Source: Candidatus Latescibacterota bacterium | GTDB taxonomy: Bacteria > Latescibacterota > UBA2968 > UBA8231 | Length of the DNA: 64,000 bases | Direction: 5' to 3' | Assembly: GCA_965208105.1 (NCBI GenBank) | Contig: OZ242318.1 | Coordinates: forward strand, 2,592,001-2,656,000 | Part shown: positions 41,188 to 50,237 of the stretch, one piece after another | Position numbering within the stretch: position 1 is the first letter of the stretch | How the letters are laid out: the number at the start of each line of letters is the position of its first letter | Program-made: the position numbers and the translations under genes | Notes under the pieces: generated by a model | What the model saw: only the letters and a program-made list of their open reading frames with translations | Told to the model about the DNA's origin: nothing | The model's database searches: none

Positions 41188-41305
41188 GGCCTCCTCCTTC
41201 TCGCTGGGGATAGGTCTTTGGGTGAACTCCGTTTTCCCAAAGATAACCCCCGACAACCGAGTCGGAGGAGGTCTTTCATATCTCCGTCAATACATAAGGT
41301 CTAGG

Positions 41306-41779
41306 TCAATGTTTGGTTGATCTGGGTGTTATCCGATTGTCAAGTCCGGATTTGTGAAACAACGCCATCGCCCTAACTATCACTTCCAAATGTTTATCCT
41401 CCATTTGGTCCAATAGCCCAATAATCCGCTGTCGGCCCAAGCGCCAGAATTGTTCCAGCTTCTCTCTTCCTTTGTGCGTGAGTTGGCAGACTACGACTCT
41501 GCGGTCATGTTCATCCGATACGCGCTCCACAAGCTCTTGTCTTACCAGGCGGTCTACAGTGCTAGTCGTAGCCGAGAAAGTACCGCCCAGGTATCTGGAT
41601 ACAGTGCCCATTCGCATGGGCCCCAATTGTTCCAAAATTACCATAGTTTTTATTTGAGGAACGGTCATGTCGAGGCCAGGCCAATTTTCCAGATGGCCGC
41701 TGTACATCCATCGGCACATATTTTCCGCCTCATTTGCAAGCCGCTCGATTATTTCCTTCCGGTATTTACCTTGCATCAA
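41306..41779 (-). CDS. MarR-family transcriptional regulator
   Basis: MTVPQIK, T..VDRLV...LVER..D..DRRVV.CQLT.KG. Confidence 0.88.
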   Translation of the reverse strand: MMQGKYRKEIIERLANEAENMCRWMYSGHLENWPGLDMTVPQIKTMVILEQLGPMRMGTVSRYLGGTFSATTSTVDRLVRQELVERVSDEHDRRVVVCQLTHKGREKLEQFWRLGRQRIIGLLDQMEDKHLEVIVRAMALFHKSGLDNRITPRSTKH

Positions 41780-41840
41780 CTCCCTTCCTTAGAGGACAGT
41801 TTGCGATGATTATCATTTTTGATTTACTCTGTGCCTTCAA

Positions 41841-42023
41841 GCCCAGGTCAAAGCCTTTTATGACAAGCTCATCACCGCCGGCAAAAGCCGATGCAGGCCA
41901 TTGTCGCCGTGATGCGAAAGCTGTTGCACGCTATCGGGGGAGTATGGAACTGCAACCAGGATTTCGACGGCCGGAAATTTCACAGAATGGCCGCATAGTC
42001 CCCTTACCTATTAGAGAGTATCT
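41841..42023 (+). pseudogene. Second IS110-family transposase C-terminal remnant with right end
   Basis: VKAFYDKLI.AGK / PMQAIVAVMRKLLHAI.GVW...QDFDG.KF..MAA* (frameshifted), followed by GAGAGTATCT. Confidence 0.7.
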
Positions 42024-42319
42024 TAAACAAGCCCAGGTATGAGGTAAGAGGGAAAGGTCGGTTAGAGGCCATATACGGCCTCACAGCGCTTTGGCCTACC
42101 GGCCTCCAGCGCCTGAAGCCGTCCTGCCCCCTCCCTTACATCGACATCAATCCGCGCAAATATACGACTCGAAACCGACCATGATGTACCAGCAGCTTCG
42201 AGTCGTTAATTTTATGCTACCCTTGCCGCGCCCTGACAACCCGGGCACTCCTCTAAAATTTATGAATTTAGACCTTATCCGAAGTGAAGAATTACCTCTA
42301 TCTGCGACTGTCTCCTGAG

Positions 42320-42364
42320 CAGCTTGGTGATTATCTGCTCGGTCGTACATCGTTTTCTGGCCAT
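42320..42364 (-). pseudogene. IS3-family (IS407-like) OrfA N-terminal remnant
   Basis: GGAGG RBS followed by MARKRCTTEQIITKL, then similarity stops. Confidence 0.6.
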
Positions 42365-42424
42365 TCTGCCTCCCTGGCCATCCTGTCTCCCTATTGAAGT
42401 CCAATCTATAACCATCTTATCTTC

Positions 42425-43753
42425 CTACTGCGCCGTAGGAGGTGATGATTGACCGTCATGGTCACTGCCCCAGCACACTACTGAGGCATCATCCAGTATT
42501 CCACAGTTATGGTAGCTTCCTGAGCTGATTTGGGAAAATTTACCCTGGGGAGGTGAAGACTGGCCCTCTTCATCATCACCCCAACATTTGACAGAGCCAT
42601 CGGTCATTACTCCGCACGTATGATGCTGTCCCGAGCTGACCGAGACAAATTCACCTTCAGGAGGACTCCCTTCTCCGCTCAGGTCCTGCCCCCAACAAAC
42701 GACAGTTCCGTCCGCTCTTACCCCACAGCTATGAGCAAAGGAGGCGGTAACATCAATGAATGACCCCTCTGGTGGAGTAGCCTTGTCGAGAAAATCATCT
42801 CCCCAGCATTCAACGGTGCCATCAATCTTCACGCCACAGACATGATCTCCTCCTGCACTGACAGAGACAAACACACCCTCAGCAGGATCAGTTTTTCCAT
42901 CGTCTTCATCTCCCCAGCACTCAACCGAACCATTGGGCCTCACTCCACAGGTAAATTGCGTTCCGGCGCTGATCGAAGAAAACTCCCCAGAAGGAGGAGA
43001 TAATTCTCCTGAAGAATCGCCTCCCCAGCAGACTACCGAGCCATCCATCCTGATTCCGCAAGCATGGGCCCAGCCTGCACTGACGGAAGAAAAAATTCCT
43101 GGTGGTGGGGTGGTCAGATCAAACAAATCGTCTCCCCAACAAACAACTGATCCGTCCACCCCCACTCCACAAGTAAAATCATCCCCGGCGCCAACGGAGA
43201 TGAATTCAGATATTACCGCCTCATCCTCTGTCTCTGAAACCTGGGGTCTTTCCTCTTCAGGCAAAGCCAGCTCAACCAATTCTTCATCTATGCAGTCTGC
43301 ATTCACCATACGGGAAAGAACGTCCTTATCCATTGCCACAACCGCTCCGGCTAAACTCTGCTGATGCTCCAGGGCAAGGATAAAAATAAGGCTGATAAGG
43401 AAATCGTCCTCCGACTGACCCTCCTGAGGACCTTCGTCCAATCTCCTTCCCAGGTCTCTTTGATAGACTAGTAACGCCTGGTGCCAGTCAGAAACCTCGA
43501 CTGGAGGCTCTACCGACTCCAAGCTCTGGTGATACTGCTGCAACACGGAAGAAAAATTCTCAAGAGCATCTCCTCCTGCCGGAACCGACAAGGACGCAAA
43601 ACCCCCACACACCAACAGGTATTCATCCAAAGACAAAGGAGAGCTCGATGGCTCCTCCTGGACTACCTCTGGCTCAGGATCCTCCGAGGACGACGGACTA
43701 TCCAGGCAAGAAGCCATAGAAAAAGCCAGAAACAAAGATAAAATGAATCTCAT
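42425..43753 (-). CDS. RCC1/BLIP-II-repeat lipoprotein
   Basis: Lipobox MASC in MRFILSLFLAFSMASC; about 7 repeats of F.SVSAG..H.CG...DG.V.CWG. Confidence 0.85.
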   Translation of the reverse strand: MRFILSLFLAFSMASCLDSPSSSEDPEPEVVQEEPSSSPLSLDEYLLVCGGFASLSVPAGGDALENFSSVLQQYHQSLESVEPPVEVSDWHQALLVYQRDLGRRLDEGPQEGQSEDDFLISLIFILALEHQQSLAGAVVAMDKDVLSRMVNADCIDEELVELALPEEERPQVSETEDEAVISEFISVGAGDDFTCGVGVDGSVVCWGDDLFDLTTPPPGIFSSVSAGWAHACGIRMDGSVVCWGGDSSGELSPPSGEFSSISAGTQFTCGVRPNGSVECWGDEDDGKTDPAEGVFVSVSAGGDHVCGVKIDGTVECWGDDFLDKATPPEGSFIDVTASFAHSCGVRADGTVVCWGQDLSGEGSPPEGEFVSVSSGQHHTCGVMTDGSVKCWGDDEEGQSSPPQGKFSQISSGSYHNCGILDDASVVCWGSDHDGQSSPPTAQ

Positions 43754-43799
43754 GGTTTTCTCCGGGTTAAAGGCCGTCATTAGACGAAATCCTTCCCCC

Positions 43800-44153
43800 C
43801 TAAGGCAGTTTCTCAATCTTCCACCTATCGCTATCTTCAATTATGCTCGCTACAAAGCCTTCCAAGTCAATGCCTTCGCCATCGCATTGCCACCTTTCTC
43901 CGCCATCTGCATAGTAGATTTTATAGCATCCGGTCCCTCCCTCCCAAACCTCAAAAATATCATCATCTCCTACCAAGCATTTTTCCCCTGGCCCAAGCTC
44001 CTGGCCTACGGTGCAAGGCGACGGCAATACTTCTTCCGTTTCTCCCACTTCCTGCCCCTGCTCTTGTTCTGGCCCATTTTCAGGTTGGGTTGAACTATCA
44101 CCTGAGCAGGAAATCAGGAAAATCATGGACAGAAGGAATAAATAATTTTTCAT
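43800..44153 (-). CDS. Small acidic hypothetical lipoprotein
   Basis: MKNYLFLLSMIFLISC lipoprotein signal; four further Cys (CTVGQELGPGEKC...GC...C). Confidence 0.7.
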   Translation of the reverse strand: MKNYLFLLSMIFLISCSGDSSTQPENGPEQEQGQEVGETEEVLPSPCTVGQELGPGEKCLVGDDDIFEVWEGGTGCYKIYYADGGERWQCDGEGIDLEGFVASIIEDSDRWKIEKLP

Positions 44154-44590
44154 TGTCTTCTTCTCTCGTTGTAAGGTGAATGGCGAGTTCTTTTTTCCAT
44201 TGCCATTCGCCATTTCTTCAACATACGGCGCCGACAACCGAAATCGGAGGAGGTCTTTCAATTGGTGTTTGGAAAGAAAGGCAACCACCCTCCTCGCCAA
44301 GCGAGGGGACGGTCGTACCGGAGGTGGTGATCAGGATGCCAACGGAGCTGTTGGCACCCCTCGGCAGAAGGCAATTTCCTGCCCAAAAATTCCGTAAGGT
44401 TGAAAATTGCCACATGTTGAAATTTTAAATTCCCCGTAATATCAAATGAACATAAATATTTTATTTTCACATAGTTGTGAAAATAATTATTGACTTGAAT
44501 TCTAGCAATAGATGGAAAAGTACAGTGTGCTTTTTTGCCACGGATTGGGAAATTTTGTGGATGAGCGAGATTCATTCTCAAGTTGACGGG

Positions 44591-44630
44591 TGACCTGCCC
44601 CCACGAGTGGTGCAAGCCCTGAGTCAGAGA
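44591..44630 (-). mobile_element. IS3-family (IS407-like) terminal inverted repeat remnant
   Basis: TGACCTGCCCCCACGAGTGGT resembles IS407-group ends. Confidence 0.5.
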
Positions 44631-44735
44631 GGGAATCACAGGGGTCCATCCCACGATTAGAGCACATGGACAAAACATGCGATTTCTCTACTTTTTCATC
44701 CTGCCCATCGCACCCGCACCGGAGGAGCCCCGTCC

Positions 44736-45572
44736 ATGGACCTGGAATTCGTCAGAGAGACGCCCACCGTGATCAACCTGCGCGCCGGCGAGCGCCTGAC
44801 CCTTTCGCGCTACGTCTGGCACGCCGGTCAATACCCGCACGTCACCTGCCTGCTGGGGCCGGGGGGGCGCAACGTCCTCGAGGACCAGCCCGCCGACCAC
44901 CTCCACCACCACGGGGTCTGCTTCTCCCACGGGGTGGTCAACGACGATCTCGATTTCTACCTGTACCGCCAGAAGCGCAACCGCGGCAGGATCCAGGTGG
45001 CAGGGGAGGTGGCCACCGAGGCCGAGGGCAACGTAGCCGCCCTGTCCCATGACAGCACGTGGATAATGCCCGACGGCAACCCCCTGTTCACCGACTCCCG
45101 CTCCATGCGCTGGGAGGTCCTCGACAACGGCGAGCTCTACCTCGACGCGGCCATCGTGCTGCGCACCCTCGACACCCCCGCCACCCTGCATCCGACCAAC
45201 GAATCGGGCATGCCCCTGGTGCGGCCCGCCGACTGGCTCGTCGCCGTTCACGGTGGGGTGCTCACCGACAGCGAGGGGCGCCGCGGCGAGAAGGAAATGT
45301 TCGGCAAGGCGGCGCGCTGGATCGACGAAAGCGCGGAGACCAACGGGCGATGGCTCGGGCTGGCCATCTTCGACCATCCGTCCAACCCGGTCCCGGCGCA
45401 CTGGTTCGCCCGCGACTACGGTCCGCTTTCCCCCAACTACAACTACTTCACCGGCCCCATCGAGCTCGGCAGCGGAGACCAGCTCTCATTGAAATACCGC
45501 ATCTTCGTCCACGCCGGCCCGGGGGACGCCGACCGTCTCAACGCCGAATGCGACAAATTCGCCGAGGCCTAG
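44736..45572 (+). CDS. DUF6807 / PmoA-like family protein
   Basis: DHLHHHGVCFSHGVVN..DFY, LTDSEG..GE...GK.ARWI, AIFDHPSN..WFARDYG. Confidence 0.7.
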   Translation: MDLEFVRETPTVINLRAGERLTLSRYVWHAGQYPHVTCLLGPGGRNVLEDQPADHLHHHGVCFSHGVVNDDLDFYLYRQKRNRGRIQVAGEVATEAEGNVAALSHDSTWIMPDGNPLFTDSRSMRWEVLDNGELYLDAAIVLRTLDTPATLHPTNESGMPLVRPADWLVAVHGGVLTDSEGRRGEKEMFGKAARWIDESAETNGRWLGLAIFDHPSNPVPAHWFARDYGPLSPNYNYFTGPIELGSGDQLSLKYRIFVHAGPGDADRLNAECDKFAEA

Positions 45573-45651
45573 TTCTCCTTCCCGCATTGCAGGGTCTTGA
45601 GCCGGTGCCTGCCAGGGCCCCATTCTCCGCGGCAGCGAAGGATTCGACCAC

Positions 45652-47676
45652 GTGAACGCCAAAATGCAGTGGGGCATTCTCGGCACCGGGCGCATCGCCG
45701 CGGTCTTTGCCGCTGCGCTGGCTCGATCGAGCACCGGCGGCCTGCTGGCCGTCGCCAGCCGCAGCCGGGAAAAAGCCGAAGACTTCGGCGCCAGGTTCGA
45801 CGTGCCCAGACGCCATGGCACCTATGCGGAACTGCTCGCCGACGGCGGCGTGGAAGCCGTATACATTTCCCTTCCCAACCACATGCACCTGCAGTGGACC
45901 ATCCGCTGCGCCGCGGCGGGCAAGGCCATCCTGTGCGAGAAACCCCTGGCCACCAACGCCGCCGAGGCCATGGTTGCGGTGGAGGCCGCGCGCCGCCACG
46001 GGGTCTTTCTCATGGAAGCCTTCATGTACCGCTGCCATCCGCAGACCGCCCGCCTGGTCCGCCTCGTCCGCGAGCGCGCAATCGGCGAGCTGCGCCTGAT
46101 CCAGGCCCACTTCAGCTACAACATGGGCCCCCGCTACGAGAACATCCGCCTCTCCAACCCTGCCGCCGGGGGTGGCATCATGGACGTGGGATGTTACACC
46201 GTATCCATGTGCCGCCTGCTGGCGGGAGCCGCCCTGGGCACCGATTTCGCCGACCCGGTGGCGGTCAAGGGCGCCGGCCACGTCGGCGCCGCCAGCCGCG
46301 TCGACGAATGGGCGACGGCGGTGCTGCACTTCGACGGAGACATCGTCGCCAACGCGAGCTGCGGCACCCAGGTGGAGGTGGACCCGGCCCTGCGCATCTG
46401 GGGAAGCGAGGGCCGTATCATCGTCCCCAACCCCTGGTTTCCCGGCCGCAGCGGCGAGCCCGGCCTCATTGCCGTGCGGCGCTCCGACAGGCGCCGGACC
46501 TGGAATATCAGGGTGCGGTCCGACGCCCCGCTCTACACCGTCGAGGCCGACGTGGTGGCCCGCAACCGGAGAAAAGCGCGGCAGGCGCCGCCGCCGTGCA
46601 TGACCTGGGCCGACTCCATCGGCAACATGCGCACCCTCGACGCCTGGCGGCGGGAGCTCGGCCTCGTCTTCGACCGCGAGCTCGACGAGGCCCTCGCCAC
46701 CCCGCTCTCGGGGGAGACTCTCGAGCGCCGCGCCGAGTCCGCCATGCCCTGCGGCCGGGTCGCCGGGGTCGACCTCCCCATCTCCCGCGTGGTCATGGGG
46801 TCCATGGCCCTGGCCGCGGGCGACATGCCCTTCGCCTGCGCCCTTCTCGACCACTACTTCGAGCACGGCGGCAACGCCATCGACACCGCCTACCTCTACG
46901 GCGGCGGCGCCTGCGAGCGCGCCCTCGGCAGGTGGATCGAGCTCCGCCGCCTGCGCGGCCGCATCGTCATCATCGACAAAGGGGGGCACACTCCTCTCAA
47001 CTATCCCGAGTACGTCGACCGCCAGATCCGCGAATCCCTGGAGCGCCTGCGCACCGACTACATCGACATCTACTTCCTGCACCGCGACAATCCGGAGATT
47101 CCTGTCGGCGAGTTCGTCGACTGCCTCAACGACCACAGGGAGGCAGGCCGCATCCGCGCCTTCGGGGGTTCCAACTGGACCCCCGATCGCATCGATGCCG
47201 CCAACCGCTACGCCGCCTCGAAGGGCATCGGCGGATTTGCCGCCAGCAGCCCGAACTTCGCCCTGGCGCGCTGGAACGAACCCATGTGGAGCCCCGACTG
47301 CACCACCGCCAGGGACGAGGGCGCCTTCTCCTGGTATCTGCAAAGAAAAATGCCCGTGTTCGCCTGGTCATCCCAGGCCACGGGCTTCTTCAGCGGCCGC
47401 TTCAAGCCGGGCGACGAGAAGAAACTGCCTCCCAAGCACCCGGCCAGGGTATGGTTCAACGAGGGCAACTTCCGCCGCCTCGAGCGCGCCCGCGAGCTGG
47501 CGCGGAAAAAGGGCGTGACCCCCACCCGGATCGCCCTGGCCTACGTCCTCTGCCAGCCCCTCGACATCTACGCCCTCATCGGCCCCTGCACCCTGGATGA
47601 ATCCAGGGATTCACTGCAGGCCCCTGGCCTGAGCCTGAGCAGCGCCGAAATGCGCTGGCTTGACCTCGAATCCTGA
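45652..47676 (+). CDS. Gfo/Idh/MocA oxidoreductase fused to an aldo/keto reductase
   Basis: WGILGTGRIA, CEKP, GGGIMDVGCY in the N-half; IDTAYLYG, KGGH, SLERLRTDYIDIYFLHRD in the C-half. Confidence 0.88.
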   Translation: MNAKMQWGILGTGRIAAVFAAALARSSTGGLLAVASRSREKAEDFGARFDVPRRHGTYAELLADGGVEAVYISLPNHMHLQWTIRCAAAGKAILCEKPLATNAAEAMVAVEAARRHGVFLMEAFMYRCHPQTARLVRLVRERAIGELRLIQAHFSYNMGPRYENIRLSNPAAGGGIMDVGCYTVSMCRLLAGAALGTDFADPVAVKGAGHVGAASRVDEWATAVLHFDGDIVANASCGTQVEVDPALRIWGSEGRIIVPNPWFPGRSGEPGLIAVRRSDRRRTWNIRVRSDAPLYTVEADVVARNRRKARQAPPPCMTWADSIGNMRTLDAWRRELGLVFDRELDEALATPLSGETLERRAESAMPCGRVAGVDLPISRVVMGSMALAAGDMPFACALLDHYFEHGGNAIDTAYLYGGGACERALGRWIELRRLRGRIVIIDKGGHTPLNYPEYVDRQIRESLERLRTDYIDIYFLHRDNPEIPVGEFVDCLNDHREAGRIRAFGGSNWTPDRIDAANRYAASKGIGGFAASSPNFALARWNEPMWSPDCTTARDEGAFSWYLQRKMPVFAWSSQATGFFSGRFKPGDEKKLPPKHPARVWFNEGNFRRLERARELARKKGVTPTRIALAYVLCQPLDIYALIGPCTLDESRDSLQAPGLSLSSAEMRWLDLES

Positions 47677-47932
47677 TCGGCCTCGCCAAGTGGCCGGAAC
47701 CCGCCAGGCGGTTATGGAGTAGAATTGCGGCGGCTGCGGCACACCAGTGAAGAGCGGGCGGCCGCAGCCTGTCGCCGCGCGCGCAAGCAAGCCTGCGAAC
47801 GAGGACGCTGAAGCGCGCGGCTCGCCAGGCGACTGAGCTGGTCGTGCGGGAGTGCAGTGCGAGAGCGGGCCACGCCGCCGAACTGGGGATGGAGCGGGCG
47901 GCCGCATTCACGCGGAATGGCGCCGGCGGGCA

Positions 47933-48928
47933 CTAGGCGTAGCGCACCGCCACCTTTATCACCTCGTCAGGCGCCTGATATATCTTGCCGTAGGTACGGG
48001 GCAACTCCTCCGGCGTCACGATGGAGTGGGGCAACCCGTGAGGCACCAGATCGCCGCGCGCGAAGAACTCGGTCAGCGCGGCGAAGATCCGCTGATTGCT
48101 CCAGAACAGGTCGCGCTGGGGCGCGCTGCAGGCCCGCGCCGAGATGATGTTGATCTGGTTGAAGTGGAACTCCGCGCCCAGGTCCAGGCCTTTGGACTCG
48201 CCCGTATAGAACGCCAGCGGCACCACGTTTCCGGCGTAGCGGGCGGCCTGGATCGCCTGGTCGAGGGCGCCGTAGTGGCCGCTGGCCTCGATCGCCACGT
48301 CCGCACCGTCGGCGAACCATTGGCGCGACGCCATGGCGAAATCCCCCACTTCCCCCGGGTCCACCGCCACCACCTCCACCGCCCCCGACAGGCGCGCCAG
48401 CTGCACGCTCAGAAGCCCGATGGCGCCCATTCCGAAGACGATCACCTTCTCGCCCACGCGCACATTGCCGTCCCGCACCGCGGCCATGGCGAAGCTGGCC
48501 GGGTCCATGCAGCAGGCCGCCTCCGGGGTAAACCCGGAGACCAGCTTCTCGAACTGCGCTCCCTGGTGCACGGTCTGAAAACCACCGTATCCCCACACCC
48601 GGTCACCCTCCTTGAGGTCCTTGACCTGAGCGCCCACCGCCATCACCGTACCCACCGTTGTATTGCCGCATCCGGCCCAGGCGGCCGGGTCGTAATTCCT
48701 TTGCCGGCTGCGGTCGAACACCTTCTCTTCCCTCAGATAAGGGGTGGTGGAATAAATCGCCTTGCCGAGAAACTGCGACATCTCGGTACCGTGCTTGGCC
48801 GCGGTAAGCTCGCTTTTGACCCTCACCTGCTCCGGTCCCAGGGGATCCAGGGAGCAGGGCTCCCAGCGCGGCTTGAATTCGTTGTTGCACACCAGCCTCT
48901 TCAACTCGACGCCATCTATTTCCGCCAT
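47933..48928 (-). CDS. Medium-chain dehydrogenase (zinc-binding ADH family, lacking Zn-Cys ligands)
   Basis: KHGTE, GroES-like VG.V.AVG..V.....GDRV, FGMGAIG, GADVAIEASG. Confidence 0.8.
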   Translation of the reverse strand: MAEIDGVELKRLVCNNEFKPRWEPCSLDPLGPEQVRVKSELTAAKHGTEMSQFLGKAIYSTTPYLREEKVFDRSRQRNYDPAAWAGCGNTTVGTVMAVGAQVKDLKEGDRVWGYGGFQTVHQGAQFEKLVSGFTPEAACCMDPASFAMAAVRDGNVRVGEKVIVFGMGAIGLLSVQLARLSGAVEVVAVDPGEVGDFAMASRQWFADGADVAIEASGHYGALDQAIQAARYAGNVVPLAFYTGESKGLDLGAEFHFNQINIISARACSAPQRDLFWSNQRIFAALTEFFARGDLVPHGLPHSIVTPEELPRTYGKIYQAPDEVIKVAVRYA

Positions 48929-48970
48929 CCGTATCTCTCCTTTTCTCCTCGCCCTTCCATTTCGCCCGGC

Positions 48971-50149
48971 TCAGGGATCGTAGATGAGTACTTCCTGGCG
49001 CAGGCGGGCAAATTCCTTCAGATCGCCTTCCCACGAGGCCAGGATCTCGCCCACCGGGGCTCCGCCCTCCATGGCCCGGCGGATCCGGTCCGTGCCGGCC
49101 AGTTTGTCGAAGTTGTGGATGCCCCGGCGCGGCAGGTTCCAGGCAAACTCCCGCGGCCAAAGCTTTCGCACCATGGCAAGGGCCTCGAAGCCGGTGCGCA
49201 CCGGCTCGAAGCCGGGGCGCTCGATCACGTGGACCTGGACGCCCCGGCAGGTCTGCCCCGCGTACTTGCCGGCGGCGGGGCAGAAGTAGAGCGGCCGGAA
49301 GTGGACGCCGGGCAGGTCGAGGGAATTCAGGTGCCCGGCCAGCAGGTCGCCGTCGATGAAGGGGGCGCCGACCTGCTCGAATGGCCGGGTGGTCCCGCGG
49401 CCCTCGGAGATGTTGGTGCCCTCGAAGAAGCACATCCCCGGATAGACCACGGCGGTGTCGACCCCGGGCATGTTGGGAGACGGAGGCACCCAGGGCAACC
49501 CCGTTTCCTCCCAGTAGAAACCGCGCCGCCAGCCGCGCATCTCCACCACGCGGAGGTCGGCGCCGGGGACGAATTCCCGGCGGATGAGGCAGGCTAGCTC
49601 GCCGATGCTCAGCCCGTAGCGGATGGGGATGGGGTAGAGCCCGACGAAGGAGGCGAAGTCAGGGTCGAGGAGGTTGCCTTCCACGGTCTCTCCGCCGATG
49701 GGGTTGGGACGGTCGAGGACGACGAAGGGAAGGCCTCTGGCGGCGCAGGCCTCCATGGCGAGGCTCATGGTGTAGAGGTAGGTATAGAAACGCGCGCCGA
49801 CGTCCTGGATGTCGAAGAGCATCACCTCGATTCCGTCGAGCATGGCGTCGTCGGGCCGGCGCCTGGCGCCGTACAGACTGTAGGCGGGGACCCCGGTTTG
49901 CGCGTCCCTGGTCGTGGGGACCTCGGCGCCGTCGGCGGCGCAGCCGCGGATGCCGTGCTCGGGGCCGAAGAGGGCAACCAGCTCGGTCCCGGCCTCCCGG
50001 TGAAGGCGGTCGGCGGTGAGGCGCAGGGAGCCGTCCACTCCCGAGTGATTGGTGATGAGGCCGACGCGCCTGCCGGCGATCAGGTCGAAGGCCTCCTCGA
50101 AAAGACGCTCATTGCCCGGAACCACCCGCCGGCGCGGCGTCTTCCTCAT
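48971..50149 (-). CDS. Exo-beta-N-acetylmuramidase NamZ (DUF1343/YbbC) family
   Basis: VGLITNHSG, FGPEHG, SLYG, FDIQDVGARFYTY, LDRPNP, WVPPSPN, SEGRGTTRPFE. Confidence 0.9.
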   Translation of the reverse strand: MRKTPRRRVVPGNERLFEEAFDLIAGRRVGLITNHSGVDGSLRLTADRLHREAGTELVALFGPEHGIRGCAADGAEVPTTRDAQTGVPAYSLYGARRRPDDAMLDGIEVMLFDIQDVGARFYTYLYTMSLAMEACAARGLPFVVLDRPNPIGGETVEGNLLDPDFASFVGLYPIPIRYGLSIGELACLIRREFVPGADLRVVEMRGWRRGFYWEETGLPWVPPSPNMPGVDTAVVYPGMCFFEGTNISEGRGTTRPFEQVGAPFIDGDLLAGHLNSLDLPGVHFRPLYFCPAAGKYAGQTCRGVQVHVIERPGFEPVRTGFEALAMVRKLWPREFAWNLPRRGIHNFDKLAGTDRIRRAMEGGAPVGEILASWEGDLKEFARLRQEVLIYDP

Positions 50150-50237
50150 GGCCGCGCTGCGCCCGCGGTGGAGGAGCAGGAGGACCGGCGTCCGCGAGAC
50201 CGCCGACGCGGCTGCGGGGCCGATTGGAGCAAACCCG

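Larger units (their letters stand above)
39755..41302 (-). mobile_element. IS110-family (IS1111-type) insertion sequence, apparently intact
   Basis: Perfect 13-bp sub-terminal IRs TATGTATTGACGG (39757-39769) / CCGTCAATACATA (41284-41296); CT core at both junctions (39753-54, 41301-02); long non-coding region 3' of the transposase. Confidence 0.88.

Noticed and set aside
39763-41304. 513-aa plus-strand ORF spanning the IS110 element
   Set aside because: Antisense to the transposase and its ncRNA; no recognisable motifs.
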